From the NCBI GenBank assembly GCA_044892525.1, contig CM097885.1, forward strand, positions 26,662,001-26,726,000: a stretch of 64,000 bases of DNA, given 5' to 3'. The first letter of the stretch is position 1. The number at the start of each line of letters is the position of its first letter. The DNA is from Schmidtea polychroa (taxonomy: Eukaryota). The notes below the pieces were generated by a model. It was not told where the DNA came from. It did not search any database and saw only the letters and a list, made by a program, of their open reading frames with translations. Position numbers and translations under genes: made by a program. This document shows positions 24,419 through 40,688 of this stretch, piece by piece.

Positions 24419-25334
24419 TACTAGTAATGATAAAAATCACGACATTTATCTATTGACCGGGAAATGTAGCCAATCAGCGGTGAAATTTCGATAACGACTA
24501 CGGAAGATGCGTTGTGTAAGGGTTAGGATTGTGCATGTAGAAATGGTTAGTGTGAGGTGCTTATGTTAACTCTATTGTGATTCTGCTACCGGCCGTAGTA
24601 GATGATTTATTAGTGATCGTGTCGCAATTGCCCCGAGTGACTCGGTTGATGATGAGGATCACAATGGTCAAGTATAGATGCACGTTATCGTCCTACCGTC
24701 GGTTTCATCGCATCCTATTATAGGTCAATGATAAAATCTACCGTGTTTTCCGATTGCACTGATGTTCGGTGATAATCCCCAGAGGTAAACACCTGTTTAC
24801 TAATACTGGGCCGGTGTAACGTGTTAACCTGTGGATAGATGAAAATGAATATTCCGAGTGTGTTCGTGTCGTAACAGATAGTCTCATCTAACTAATCATC
24901 GACAATCTGTCGCTATGTGTTTACTGCTGCTGTCACTAGTCAACGAAGAATCTAGACACTAAGTGGTGAATATTTACTGTAATTACCTCGACGTCAATCG
25001 TCGCTTGCCCAATTGTTTATTTTAAAATCTGCTCAGTTGTTTATTTCAAAATCTCCAAAATTATTATCAGAAGACGCGATTAGATTCTCCATGTGATACG
25101 ACGGGTAGATGAACAATTCGTTTACGATTCTCGGCATTTACTCGTTGGCGATCAAATCGCCGGAAAGTACAACCTATGGAATTTACGAAGACGTTCAACC
25201 TCACGAAATTGGCATCGAATTTCTCTGGCTAAGATCGTTACTTCCTCCCAATCTCCTAACACTCCTGCTTGTGCCGACTGAGTTTCCATCTGTTGATCCC
25301 AGGCGCGTACGCAGGATGAATCCATGGGGGGGTT

Positions 25335-26555
<1,221 letters not shown>

Positions 26556-26616
<61 letters not shown>
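26556..26616. repeat. (TA)n microsatellite
   Basis: Direct read. Confidence 0.95.
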
Positions 26617-26622
<6 letters not shown>

Positions 26623-28514
26623 ATAATCAAATTGAATATTTCATTACATCATGACTATATATGTTATCAACGATTAAGAATTAAAATTAACCTGAATTAT
26701 TATCATAAATATAAACTCAAGAAATGAGAACAAACACATTTAATGTTCATTTTTTAATTTATCGATATAGTAAAAGTATTCATTAATCCAATACAAATGT
26801 ATCAATAAAAGCAAACGGTCCTGTTGCAAATTCGTCGAGTTGATAACTGAATGTAATCCGAATGTAATAAGTGTGAGTCTCGATATTAATTTATTCCGCG
26901 AATACTGAATATGTGGTTAATGGATTGACGTTCGGTAGTGCCTTAAAATTAATTTTAAAAACTGCGCTTAATTAATTTTCTCCTTACCTTAAAATTAATT
27001 TTAAAAACTGAACGATTTGTCAGTCTGTTCCCTTATATACCAAATTCTGTCCAATCAGAATTCAGTAAGTTGTAATTTTATAATTTTATTCTTTTTCCTC
27101 TCTTTTATTATTTTTATATATTTTCTTTACTTTTCTGTAACTTTATTAATAAATAATTTTAAGTATTCTTATTTTCTTTTCTTTTGAGGGTTTTTAGGTA
27201 TTTTTATCGTATTTTCTTATTTTTTATTAATTATTATTTTTATTTTCGGATTTGTCATTAGTATGTTAATTTTTATTATTTTTATTATTCTCTTTGTTTC
27301 TTTCTTTCTAGGTGTATTTTATTTAGAATTTCCGTGGTTATTTTATTTTAACTTATCCGCTTCTTATTTTCCCCATTTGTTCCCTTATCTTTAATTCTTA
27401 TTTTAGTTATTTACATGATTTTGATCCCATTCAGTTATCAGCCCAACAAAACTCTCATTTCCTGGTCAACCATCAACGATGCAATTTATGTGATGAAACT
27501 TGACGAATAAACTTAAATTTTTAATTTCATTCAAAAATATCCGTTGGAGAAATTTTTAAATTGGCAATGTCTAGTGTCAGGGCTAATTATTCCATGGAAC
27601 CCTTGAGTTCCAATTTTGGGAATCACTGGTTTAATGTATATGATATCAGTTATCTACAAACGATGGTCAGATAATGGTGATTTGGAGATTTATAGCATAT
27701 TTATAAAAAAGACTGCAAAATTACTTCAAGCAAGGGCATGAAATAAAGATGTTTAATTGTGGGTGAGCTTTGGTTAATGCTATTTGGAATTTGATTGCTT
27801 CTTAGGTTACAGATGCCCATAGTCGTGGCCATAAAATCTTCTCTATAGAGCTATCCCATACCGTGGATTATCTATCAAATGAAAGTAAGTATCTCTTTGG
27901 GAACTCATAAATTCAGAGCCCCTGGGGAGTACTTGACTACGATTACTAACCATGATTGTTCTGAAATTTCAACTATCAAATAATATGAAAATAAAAAATA
28001 TAGCGGATTATAGACAGATCTAAACTATAACCTCGCACTGTTCGATAGACGATCTTTGTCCACATTAATTAATTATCCCTCCAATATTTTCTCAATTGTT
28101 TAAATATTAGATTTCACACAAATTAAAAAGATTGAGAGCTTTAATTCAATAAATTCGGGCTTCTTTCCACACCATGAGACAAACTCACTTGCACGTACCT
28201 TTGTAACTCATTCGATGTCGTTGAAACCCATTGATTGGTGCCCTGGGCGAGAAATAATTCTCCTAGATCCTCCCTAGATCCTAAAAATATGAATTGAATT
28301 ATTTGACCCTCGTTTACTTCTTACCACCCTCAGTTTCAAACTTGCTGATTCGTAGCTCGAGAGTCCGCATTTCGACATGGTTTCGCGTGACCTGTTCTTG
28401 TAATTGACTTACCATCATCTTCTGTTGTTTAATCGCCCCAGGTTAAAACTAAGTGCCCTCTTATTCTCAACACTTTATTTCTGGCCCGTCAAAGGTCACT
28501 CACAAGTCCTTCAA

Positions 28515-29228
28515 TATTTTCTCAACTAAATTCAAGTTAAAACATCAAAATTGCATTCAAATTTTTGGAATTGCATTGCAACGAAAATTACAGTTGACGA
28601 ACAAACCCAATTTAATTGTGCACAAATTTTAAAAATTATTTACGATAAACAATTAATTGATACTTTTCCAAATTTATATACATTATTAAAACTTTTCCTT
28701 ACGATACCATTACTAATTGCGAAGCAGAAAGATCATTCTCAAGAATGAGTTACATTAAAAATAAACAAAGAAATAAAATGAATAATGAGAGATTAGCGAA
28801 CTTGATAATTTTATCAGTGGAAAGTGATTTAACGAAGTCATTGAACTATGATGAAGTTATTAAGGAATATGCCGAGAAAAAAGTCAGAAAATGCGTCATT
28901 AATAATTTTAAAATTTAATAATCTGTTATTGTAATTGTATTGTATTTAATTTCATTGAGATTGTACTTAATATATGTTTAATGAAAATGCAATAAATAAT
29001 TGTGATTGTACTTTAATATCCTTGTGTGTACTTCTTAATACATTTAATAAGAATGTAATAAATAATAATTAACCTTTAATACTGTCTTTTATTTTTAAAA
29101 TTTTTTATAGTCAATGGCGAAGGCGTGAGTCAAAGCCAATAAAGAATAAGTAAACATTTTTTTTGAAATGTGTAGGGTCCCTTGGTATTTTTAAGCCCTG
29201 GGCCCCCATAAAGCTAGATCCGTCCCTG
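28515..29228 (+). pseudogene. hAT (ZMYM1-like) transposase C-terminus and 3' end
   Basis: TFPNLYTLLKLFLTIP, frameshift, then TNCEAERSFSRMSYIKNKQRNKM. Ends GCTAGATCCGTCCCTG. Confidence 0.8.
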
Positions 29229-29729
29229 ATTATGTTATAAATTTATTAACTTGCATGTGTTGGCTGTGGGCCCGTAAACTGTGCATGTGCGTAGTTTAAT
29301 ATGAAAAATGATTTCTATAATGAAACAATTACAAAAGAGAACAAAATACTCACTGATTTGTTCACAACAAGGCATAAAAGATACTTTTGCATTAATTTTT
29401 GATGAAAATGCGTCACAATATATAACTTATTTAAACGTATGTCCGAATTGTTGTGCGTACACTGATTCATGAAAACAAATTAGATTTATTTTTATTCAAT
29501 CTATTACTTTATTTAATTCTTATCATATTTAGAGGCGATTTTCCGATAATTCGTATTTATTTTATTTCCAAACTTTTATATTTAATTTAATTTATCGGAT
29601 TGTGACTCCATAATGGATATCGGGAACTTTCTATAATTTTCTCTTGAATTTTGATTTAATTTATTTAAATTACATATTTTCTTTATTTTTCTATTTTATT
29701 TTCTGATTCTATATGTAATTGTAAAAAGC

Positions 29730-30100
29730 CTGATCGTTATAGTAAAGATTTTTTAAACGCCTCATTAGATACCATCTGATATTCATATTTGCCGTTTTTC
29801 AAAGATAGCTGCATTCAATTTTTTTGAATAGGTCGTGATAATATCGCCAGGGGGCAGAACACCCTACAAAATACTCCTTGTAGAATTCCAAAACAGACTC
29901 AGAATGAATTTTTTGTTGGTAAGGATGACTTTTGATTCCGTCACGGCTTGAATTCCAGCACATCGCTAAGACTTGTGAAGTTGGTGGCCACTGTTCCGCA
30001 AATAAATCCAACTTTCATCAACAGTGTTAAGTAAATGCAGGAAATTGTTGCAGTGGTACTGTTAAAGTAGGTGTTCACACGCTGTAACTCTTTCTGTCTT
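29730..30100 (-). pseudogene. Degenerate mariner (Mos1/SETMAR-like) transposase fragment
   Basis: Fragments KKFILSLFWNSTRSIL*GVLPPGDII and KKLNAAIFEKRQ, upstream NTVDE; multiple stops. Confidence 0.5.
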
Positions 30101-30303
30101 CGCTGCATCGATTAGCGTATATGAACATGCTCTGAGGCAAACCGTGCCTTCACCGAGGGTGTAGTTGATTTCTTTATGAATTTTGTCAGTTGACAGTCCT
30201 CTATTCTACACCAAACACCACTGAGATACGTTCTCTGCGTATAGTGGTTGTTGGCGTGTAAATTCACTCACCAATTTATTTACCAATTGTAATTGGTTGT
30301 AAT

Positions 30304-32804
30304 TACTGTTCCTCAATTACCGTATGTTTTATTTTACCGGTAAACGGTAAATTAACAATCGTATTACCGGTAAAACCGGTAAATTTCGGTAATAAACATT
30401 TTACCAGAAATTAAAACAAAATCATGGTTTAATTGAAAAAAAACATTACAATATGTTTATTTCATACATATTATATAAAAGAAATCATTCAAGAAAAGAA
30501 CTAAATACAAAAATTTTAATTATTCATTATTTTTGTTAACATTTTGTTTCAAAAAGAAATATTTAAGGAAAACGATAATGTGCAAATTTTCATCCGATAA
30601 CCTAGTTCTTATTTTAGTGCAAACTCGGCTCGCCATGGAGAATGTTCTTTCATTGTCTGTAGATGTTGGTTTTGCGGTTTGCAGAGCTTCGAACAAAAGT
30701 GTGAGATTATGACTTTTTTCCCCGGATACTTCAAAAAATAAAAACTCTTTCTGGACTGATGATAATAATCCTACTGGAAATGGAAACCATAGCTGTAGAA
30801 ATAGCTTTTTGAAATTGAGATTTCAAGTCAGTATTTAAAAGGTCGGTCTCGACATTATCTTCTGAATCTGATTCTGCTGACTCATCTGATTTGAATAATC
30901 TTTCAATTATTTTTTTCCCAAATGCCACTGTCGGTAACTTTGAACAGTAATCAAAGTGAACATTTCGTTTCATTAAATTTTTTGGATGAAGCATGTACTG
31001 TACAAGAGATAATAATTTAATATTACGTCTTTTATCAATTTCTCTTTTCAAACAAACTAAGAAGTTAGAAGTTATTGGTGAATCGGTATTTTTTTCCAAT
31101 GTTGAACATAACAATTCAATTACACTTTCCGCGGTAAATAGTGTAGCATCATTTCTTGCTAAGGTTTCTGCGGCAATCCGAACTGGCTCTAAAATATTTT
31201 GAATGTTTATCAAATATTTTTCGTCTATTCTGGCTAACAAATGAAGAGAATTAAAATATTCTAAGGCTTCTTTTACTTCTTCTTTTACTTGTAAATATCG
31301 TTCTATCATGGGTACGATGGAATTCCAACGTGTCTTTATATCTATTTTTAATTCCAGTTCTTTGCCAAGTCGAGTTTTTATCTTCTCTTGCAAAAAATCA
31401 TTTTTCAATGACGATAATCGAAAATATTTAATGACGCTGCGTAAGGCTTGCAATTGAATGAAAAAAATTGAATGACTGTATTCATCATTTTCAATTGCCT
31501 CGTTTATCTTTTCAATTATCATATGGTTATCTGGTTCAGCAGAGTCACCATCATCAATGTCAGCGTCACTGTCATATTCCTCTTCCAAAATAATGTCTTT
31601 CTCATTTGCAATTGAACTCTGGTCAGTTTCAACATTTTTTGGTAGAAAAACTTGGTTACTGATAAATGTAGGGCATGGTTTAAGCATAATACCGGTTCAA
31701 CTGGACTTTCTCTATTATATTTTTGCATTACTGCTGCACCATCGTTGATTGAACATAAAATATGATGATCAAAATCTACGTTGAACTCATTTAATCGGTT
31801 TCTTATTATTGCCTGAATATTTTTTGCATCACATTTTCCAGTTATTCTTGCTAAACCAAGATTGTAATTTTCTTTGTCATCATACAAAATAATATTGCAA
31901 TATCTTCTATTTTTGATGCTTGTCCATTCGTCTACAGACAGTGAAAATCGTTTCCCAATAGAAATTTTGGACTGTAATTGTTCTACAAGTTGTATTTTTA
32001 TATTTTCGTAATAAACTTTTACCAATTCCATCGTGCCCGTTGAATTTTTTGGAAGCTTGTGTCCTTGTTTATTTATACTTTGCCGAATGAAAGACGAATT
32101 TGTGACGCCATAATAAGAGAAACCATCTAAAGCAATTAGTCTAGACACAATCTCTTCTAAAGTTTCACGTTGTAAATAACTGGATATTAATATTTTATCC
32201 TTTTTAAATGTAGAGGCAGAAGTACTAGGACCTGCATCATTATCAACTGCTTTTTTGATCAAAATTTTATATACAAGTTTAAGGTGCGAAATCATTCCAC
32301 TTGTTGAACCACCATCACATTTAATAGATTTTTTACATAATCTGCATATAGCTTCTTTATTACTGTCTTTTCGCTTTTCAAAATGCTCCCAAACATTTGA
32401 AGAACCCATATTCTATTTAAACAATATTCTATTTAAACAATATTCTATTTATTAAAAAATATTAATTTTTCAATATAATTTTATTTTAATAATAAATCAA
32501 TAACGTTATAGATAAATCTTATATTACTTACGAGATTTTTTGTTTTCTAAAAATTTGTTTCTATGTATTACGAAATATTATTTATTTTAAATAAAAAATC
32601 ACAAAATCACATGCACAGTTCTTTAAGTAATTCAGTTTTACTGGTTTTTATATTTATTGTTATAGGATAAATATAATATTTTTTTATTTTGCACAATAAC
32701 CGTATTACCGGTAATTTAGTAAATATTTTTACCGGTAAACGGTAATGTAAAAATGCGCAATTTACCGGTAAACGGTAAAGGTTTTTACCGGTAGAGGAAC
32801 TATA
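30304..32804 (-). mobile_element. Full-length hAT (Ac-like, BED finger) transposon with 8-bp TSD GTTGTAAT
   Basis: TSD at 30296-30303 and 32805-32812. TIRs TACTGTTCCTC / TATAGTTCCTC. Multiple subterminal TTACCGGTAA palindromes at both ends. Confidence 0.92.
30527..32409 (-). pseudogene. hAT transposase with two frameshifts (~31640, ~30740)
   Basis: BED finger VWEHF...CRLC...HL, SVDEWTS, CLNHALHL, TRWNS, PTSTDNERTFS...RTRLSD. Confidence 0.9.
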
Positions 32805-32861
32805 GTTGTAATTGTAAATCATCTTTATCAATTTATCATGTCTCATCATTTATATATTTTG

Positions 32862-34243
32862 GAAATTTATTTTAGCCATTTGCAAATGGCTTTCAAGTAA
32901 TTTTTTTATTTAAATTAAATTTTAAGACTAGAATTCTGATCCATATGAGATATGAGATAATTATTCAAGTTCTTAAATATTACTTTTAATCAACAATATA
33001 ATTATAAATTATTTTTAATTAATTTCCAGGGATTTTTTTAGGAATTTTATGACATTTACCTTTATTTATTTTGGAATTATTTCGAAAAAATGTGAGTCCA
33101 ATATATTTTTAATTATAATTAATTAAATAAATAAATCAATCACCTAAAATGTATTTTCTTAAAACATTTTGGGGAAAATCGATGATTGAAATAATTTTTT
33201 TAATTTTTGTAATTTTTTTTCTGAGCTCAATATGAGGGGCTTCTTTCAGGAAATCAAATCTGGATTGAAAGGATATTGAACCAAATTAATCTGCTCTTGA
33301 TATTTTCATTAAAAATATAATTTTAAAAATTTTCAACCATCTTTTTTTTCTAAAAATTGTCTAAAATAAAGTTTATTATAGAAACGTATCTCATCGTTAC
33401 ATTTCTACGAATCAAAAGTTTGTATGTGTTTCTTAATATTTGTCGCGTTTGTGTGCAGTTTTTAATTTTTCTTCCACTTTTCAGATTTCTACACCAAACG
33501 CCACTGAGAACCATTTCCTATAATATAACAAAAAAATCAATAATCTTACATTATAGAAACATACATACTTACTTTGATTTCACGTTGATGTTCTCATTTA
33601 TAGCTCAATGAGATACATCTTATATTATAGAAATCTGAAAAGTGGAAGGAAAATTAAAAAATGCACACAAGCACAACGCATAATAAAAAATACATACAAA
33701 CTTTTGATTCGTAAAATTGTAACGATGAGATACGTTTCTATAATAATTCTATTTTAGACAATTTTTAGAAAAAAAAGATCGTTGAAAATTTTTTAAATTA
33801 TATTTTTAATGAAAATATCAAGAGCAGATGAATTTGGTTCAAAATTCTTTTACTCCAGATTTGATTTCCTTTAAAAATCCCCTCATATTGAGCTCAGAAA
33901 AAAAATTACAAAAATTAAAAAAATTATTCTAATCAGCGATTTTTCCCAAAATGTTTTAAAAAAATACATTGATTGATTTATTTAATTAATTATAATTAAA
34001 AATATATCGGACTCACATTTTTTCGAAATAATTCCAAAATACTTTAATAAAAGACATAAAATTCCTAAAAAAGCCTGAAAATTAATTAAAAATAATTTAT
34101 AATTATATTGTTGATTAAAAGTAAAATTTAAGAACTTGAATAATGATCTCATATCCATATGGATCAAAATTCAAGTCTTAAAATTTACTTTAAATTTAAT
34201 ATCTTACCTGAAAACCATTTCTAAAATGGCTAAAATAAATTTC
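32862..34243. repeat. Long foldback: ~620 bp imperfect inverted arms around a ~140 bp spacer
   Basis: 32862-33490 is the reverse complement of ~33628-34243. The spacer recurs inverted at ~34430-34571. Confidence 0.85.
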
Positions 34244-37200
34244 ATGGTGTAAAACATACGTAAAACAAATTACTGACAACTTTGCTCAACAACAATTTAT
34301 CATCAACATCAGTATAAAATTCATCAGTAAATTGGTGAGTGAGCAATCACTCTACACGCAAACCACCACTATAGAGAACGTATCTCAGTGGTGTTTGGTG
34401 TATAGAGAATGTATCTCAGTGGTGTTAGATGTATAATATAAGATGTATCTCACTGAACTATAAATGAGAACATCAACGTGAAATCAAAGTAAGTATGTAT
34501 GTTTCTATAATGTAAGATTATTGATTTTTTTGTTATATTATAGGAAACGGTTCTCAGTGGTGTTTGGTGTAGTTGTAATAAATGATTTTTTGAATATCCT
34601 CTCAAGAAAACTCCATTTTCTGTACGAATACTGGCGAAAAACATGATAACATTAATGATGAATTTAAACAAATTAAATATTTTATAATTAACTATGTTTA
34701 GAAATTTTTTAAAATTCTAATATATATTAATAATAGAACTAATTCACTGAAATAATTTCAGAATGTAGAGTAAAAATTTAATTAACCACGAATTCATTGG
34801 CAGAAACTTTCAAGCCAAATATATTTAAAATGAAATCGACCCTTAAAATTTTTTTCCCAATTGAAAACCTTGAGTGCGTGCTTGATCTGTATAATATAAT
34901 TAAGTGCTATGCGACGTTTTTATGATAAATAAATGGGATATAGTCAATCTTTGAGGCACTGCAAGACCTCGCCTGGTGACCTTAAAAGGTTTGTGAAAAC
35001 TGTCTATATATTATTGGTTTATGAATTTTTGATAACATTCGACAAACCTATATTTTTTTTATAAAGCATAAAAATAAAAATGAAAACGATTAGTCATGTT
35101 GAATTGGGGTTTTCTTATCCTCCCGGCACTCGTGTATTTGATTCCATATATTTTATTATCAACCTTGATTTGAACCCTAAAAGAATATAAAAAACATAAA
35201 CAATACTTATTCCAATATATTTTTTAATTTAATGCATCAGAAATTACGGTACATTTAATTGTCAGTAGCCAATAATTGAAATCCATTCATTAATCACAGG
35301 GTAATAAAACTTTTCAAAATAGATTTGTATAGACCCAGATTTGCCTACCATCCTTTCATGAGGATATGAGGATATGAGGATAACAATATCTACAACGCAT
35401 TAACAGTATATTAACAGTATATATTTTTAAAGATGGCGTTAGATAAAAGCAAGAATGTAAACTTGATATTATAAAGGCATGTTTCAAAGATTATTCACAC
35501 TATTTACTACTTATAAATTTACAGTTGTTTTAAAAATAAATTTTCGGGCATATCGAAATTATTATTTGTAAAATTATTAAAAAAATTAATCAATCCGATT
35601 GCTATTTTGAGAATATTTGTTAAAGTTTTTATAACATTTGAGAATAAATCATCATTTATAATCTACAGTCGCCCTCCGCCGCCGCCGCCGCCGTCAGGCT
35701 CATTCAACGATAAGTCTGTCAACAATAGCTCAGTTGTAACATAGAATGAGTTGAGTGAAAAGAATTATGAATTAATAATTTAATTTTATCTGGAAATTTA
35801 ACTTTTAAAAATTAAATGTTCCAGGAAATATGAAAATATCTGATAGCAATATGCAAAGCACGAAAAACAAATTTATCACAGATTCAGATAAATGTTGAAT
35901 GTGATTTTTGATGATTTATTTTTATTATGTTTTGATTAGTTTTTTCAACTGACATCAGAATGCAACAGCACGCGTTTATGTCAATTGAAAATTTAATTAA
36001 TAAACAAAAATAGCATCAGCTCCATAACAAAAACTCGGATTATTTTTTATTATTAATAAATTTCAAGATTTATAAAAGTTTATTTGTAATCAATCAGTAA
36101 ATTAGTTTCCGCGATTTGTGATTGGTTGACTTCGTCTGGATGCGGAACGGTAAATGATCTCTCAATGGATAACTTTCCGGGTATTGAAACAAATTATGTA
36201 AAACATTTTATTGCAATCAACCATTATTTTTCCCTCTAAATAATTTTTAGAGTTGAAATTAAATTGTAATTGAATGAAGAAACGACTGGCGAATATGCCC
36301 AGTGACAAAGAAGTTTCAACCTTAATTCATTTAGTTTCTGTATTGTTTTAGTTGTAGCATTTTCGCACTAAAGAAGTAATGTTTTCTTTGATTTTCATAT
36401 CCAAATACATTAGGTGTTCACGTACACATAGGTAGTTATTGTTTTTTCTTAGAGACTCGAGCGCAAATATATTGGTTATATGTTATTCCACAAGATACTT
36501 AACATTATCCTTCTTTAATGTGGTAAGTGTTGGTTGTACTAGTAAAACATTTTAAGTGTTACATTTTGTAATATTTTTTTTCATTCTTCGGTTATCAAAA
36601 GTTCCAAAAGAGATGTGCCAAATGTTAAATAAATAAAACTATTGATTTATATTTTGAAATGAAAAGAATAGAAAAAGATAATAAAACTAATAAATCCATA
36701 GTAAAAAAAATTGAACATATTTAGCGTACACATTCAAGTTACAGAAACCAAGTTGGATCCAAAATCAGATTAAAGATTTTTTCACAGCTTTTCTACTAAA
36801 TCAGTGTTTCCCGACGTTCTTTATACCATGCCCCATCGTAGTATTTTTAAAAGTCATATGCCCCACCAGCCCCTTTGAAGTAACTGTCAAACTTCGATAA
36901 TAAGTATTGTCAGTATGCAAAAATAACGCCAAATAAAATTTAATTTAATTTAAAAATCAAAAGTGTTACATAAAATTACCTATTTCTAAAACATAAAAAT
37001 TAACCTTAATTTACAATACATAAATTAGCCTTACCCAAATAAAGGCGCGGCAAAAACGGCAAGGACAATAAAGGCACGAATATTAAAAGCGCAGATGGCT
37101 AGTCCATATATCCTTTTTTAATCTCTATATGCCATTTTTAAAATCTAGTTATAAATACTTAATTCACAATTTGATATAGATTTATATGAACCTTTATTGT

Positions 37201-37879
37201 CAGTGCAGTTCCTCTGACTTCCACTTTTATCAATTTAATATTTGAACACAAAATATATTTTTTTACACGAGATGAAGAAAATATTCTAAAGCAGGAGTGC
37301 TTAATTGACTTCTCGTGGGCCACATGTAGCTTTCCACATCCTCTCAAGATATCCCGGATCAATTAAACTATATTTTGTGATTTTTAGTTCTATAGTACTT
37401 ATTTAAATTTCATTATTCAAAATAAAAGAACAAATGAAACACTGAAAAAATTTCAAAAATAGTTATAGTTATAAATATACACTTGATAAAGGCTATGTCA
37501 AAATATCGTGGACCTTATATATTGTTTTGATCTATAGTCTTAAAACCATTAATATGAAAATTATAGATTTAAAAAAAGATCAAAAAGCTGAAACCAAAAG
37601 ATAAATATGATAGTTATTTTTTCGTTTGAATATTTAATGAAAAATGCTCTTTTCCTCGAACAATTTCATAAAAAATAACTAAAAATAAATAAATTCACTG
37701 TTATGAAATAAATAAAACAATGTTGTTAGCATTGTATTTATATTACAATATTTATCAGTTATAATTTTAAAAATTTAATTGTCAGTTGTGTATTAAATTT
37801 GTTAAGTGTTTGTGTTATTATCACATTATTTCACACTATTTTTGACAAATTAGTTAACTGAATAATTTTATTTTTTTGA

Positions 37880-39345
37880 AGAACCACAAGTGGAAAAATG
37901 AATAAAAAATAATGAAAATTATATTTTCCAAGAATGAAGGACAATGGCTTACTTTGTAATGAGTTCAAAACAGAATTATTTGTTGAGTTTGGCGGGAAAT
38001 TATTACTGGTTTAAAAAAACAGTATTAAAAGGTATTATGATACAAAAAGAAATTTAAATAAGGAAATCTATCTATTGTATTAAGAGTGAAAAAGTTGCCA
38101 TTTTAAAGAAAACTATATATGCAGAATAAAATGTATTCAGTAAAAATGTGGATAAGAGCTTCCTAACGTTTTGTGCATGCTTTGGCTTCACATGAGAACC
38201 ATTTAGAAGGAGGCTAATCAAGTCGTCTTTTCTTCAAGCTGTCGATAACATTAGTGCCAATATTCCAGTTTGAAAACATTTACCTTTATAAGAATTGTTT
38301 ACTTAAGAAATGTGTATACACCAAATGCATAATTTACGGAACGTTTAACCATAAATTAAGTATATGAAAAATTATATTATATATAGAAAACACTTGAAAT
38401 AAGGACAAATATTAAAGGTACTATCATCAATTTAAAGTAAAGTAAAGCTTGTAATGTTTATATTATTTTAATGTTAGACATCCGTAAAAATTTTACACCA
38501 TTAAAGTAAAGTAAATTAAAGAATTTATTGGCGACATACGGGTAGAATTCTGTGTAATTACTAAAGTGAGATTCGTTGATTAAGCAGCGGAAAGTTTTGC
38601 AACGATTCTACAATCTTCATCAAAAATATTGTTTTTCGCGGAGATAAAAGATAATCAGATTCCACAGTTGGTGAATACCCATTTCATTTTAGACTTAGTC
38701 TTTATGGTTTACATCTCAGCTAATCTAAATAATATAGCGTTACGGGGTAATGATCAACTAATAGACAATCTTCATGATTACTTTAAAATATTTCAAGTCA
38801 AACTCAAACTATGAGAAAACAAATTATAAAAAGGTATCACAGTCCTTTTATCAAAACTTTATGAAAGCGAAATTGATACATATTTGGAGAAAACTAGGAT
38901 GTATACCGAAAGAATGTAAATTCTGAGAACAATGTTTTAAAGGTTGAAAATTTATAATATTTGCAGATCATGGACATGAATTTAAATTACTTTCAGATAT
39001 ATTCAATTTGATAGCACCACATTCTATTCAAATGAAATTGATTGAACTTTATTGCAATAATGATCTGCACAGAGAACATCACGAAGTACTTTTGGTTCAA
39101 TTTTATAAACTTTATATCTCTCAAGAAATATTTCCATCAATTCGATTTTATGTTCTAAAAATGGTGCCACTTTTTCCAAGCACCAATTTACGTAATCAAT
39201 TTTTTTCAACAATGAAACTAAAAGCAAAAACAGATGCAGATTGATTGATGAAAATCCTTCAAATCCACTTCGTGTGAAACTATCAAGGATCAATGCCAAC
39301 ACTTCCGAACTATGTCATGACAAAAGATCCCAATCGTCACACTAG
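37880..39345 (+). pseudogene. Highly decayed hAT (GTF2IRD2/SPIN-like) transposase
   Basis: LDLVFMVYISANLN...FQVKLKL; IQMKLIELYCNNDL...LFPSTNLRNQFFSTMK. Confidence 0.65.
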
Positions 39346-39486
39346 ACTTGTGTCATTGTTTTCATTTTCCTTAGAATAATATATAATGGTGTACCTTTTA
39401 TAACTGGATTTATTAGATAACTTAAAGTTTTTTATTACCCATAGTTTGAAACTGTAAAGGTTTATTCATTTAAAATTTTAAATGAT

Positions 39487-39493
39487 AATAGTA

Positions 39494-39592
<99 letters not shown>

Positions 39593-39597
39593 TAATA
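39487..39597. repeat. (AAT)n microsatellite
   Basis: Direct read. Confidence 0.95.
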
Positions 39598-39880
39598 GTA
39601 GTGAAAACTTTATCGAAAGTATTCTTCATTTTTGACTGGCCCTTGACAACATCCATAATTCTTAACCAGTCCAAAATCATTACAAGTTGTGAACACTTAC
39701 GCCAAAAGAATTTAGGTTACAAAACAATTAAAAAAGTTAAAGCTTTCTGTATTTCGAGAGAATTTATTTTACTTCCTACCTTTCTCATTCCTTTATGTCT
39801 CTCCTTACTTTACCAATTATCCATTTTATAGAGAAAAATCCCCCTTCTTAGGGGACGTCCTTAATTGATGGTTCCTAAAG

Positions 39881-40010
<130 letters not shown>

Positions 40011-40688
40011 TAAATCTAATTAATTTCATGATCCTCTGTAATCATTTTAAATTTTGATTGTTTTTTAGAATAATTGTTACAGAATGATATTTAATACTGT
40101 AAATTATATGACTGACCAAATATTGGACTGATTATTATTTGATAGAGTTGACCAACAAAACTTGTAAAGTCCTTCATTTAACATGTCGCTGTCAAGGCTG
40201 ACAACTGAATGTTATAATTTATTATTTTATGTCTGAATTTTTAAAAATAGTCATTTATGAATTTTAAATCTTAGGCTTAGACTAACCTGAAAGCTTGGTG
40301 ACACATAAAAGACATATATTATTGAATAAAAGGATTTTCCCAAATGTTACAACTATCAAAAATCTTGCAGTTAGGGTCGTATGGTCATGAATATAAGCAT
40401 ATCTTGTCAGTAAACATCATTTATATTTAAGCTTAGAAGTCAGTCTCTATGAACTTCGGTGGGCTTGGATATATGTAAATGGGATAACATGTGCAAATAT
40501 ATAAGATATAAAGCATTTAACTTTTTCATTGATGAGAAAATGATTTTGCGATTTTAAATTGCTTTAATTGCATAACTTATTCCCAGAATTCAGAGCAACT
40601 TATGCGTGTAAAAATGCGACAGTTAAAACAAACTAAATGCCAAACAATGAAATATGTATTATGCTGAATAAATCACAGAAATTTAGTT

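Larger units (their letters stand above)
30206..34403. mobile_element. Non-autonomous TIR element hosting the hAT insertion and an internal foldback
   Basis: TACACCAAACACCACTGAGATACGTTCTC...CACTCACCAATTTA at ~30207-30278 is inverted at ~34328-34402. Confidence 0.6.

Noticed and set aside
26823..27447. Solo LTR with TGTTG...CAACA ends
   Set aside because: No matching TSD (GTCC vs AAAC) and no second copy in the window.
35080..35745. Possible small spliced gene or NPF-like neuropeptide (signal-like ORF, YRPRF, poly-Pro exon)
   Set aside because: RPRF is not followed by GKR, frames contain stops, and no consistent splice model could be built.
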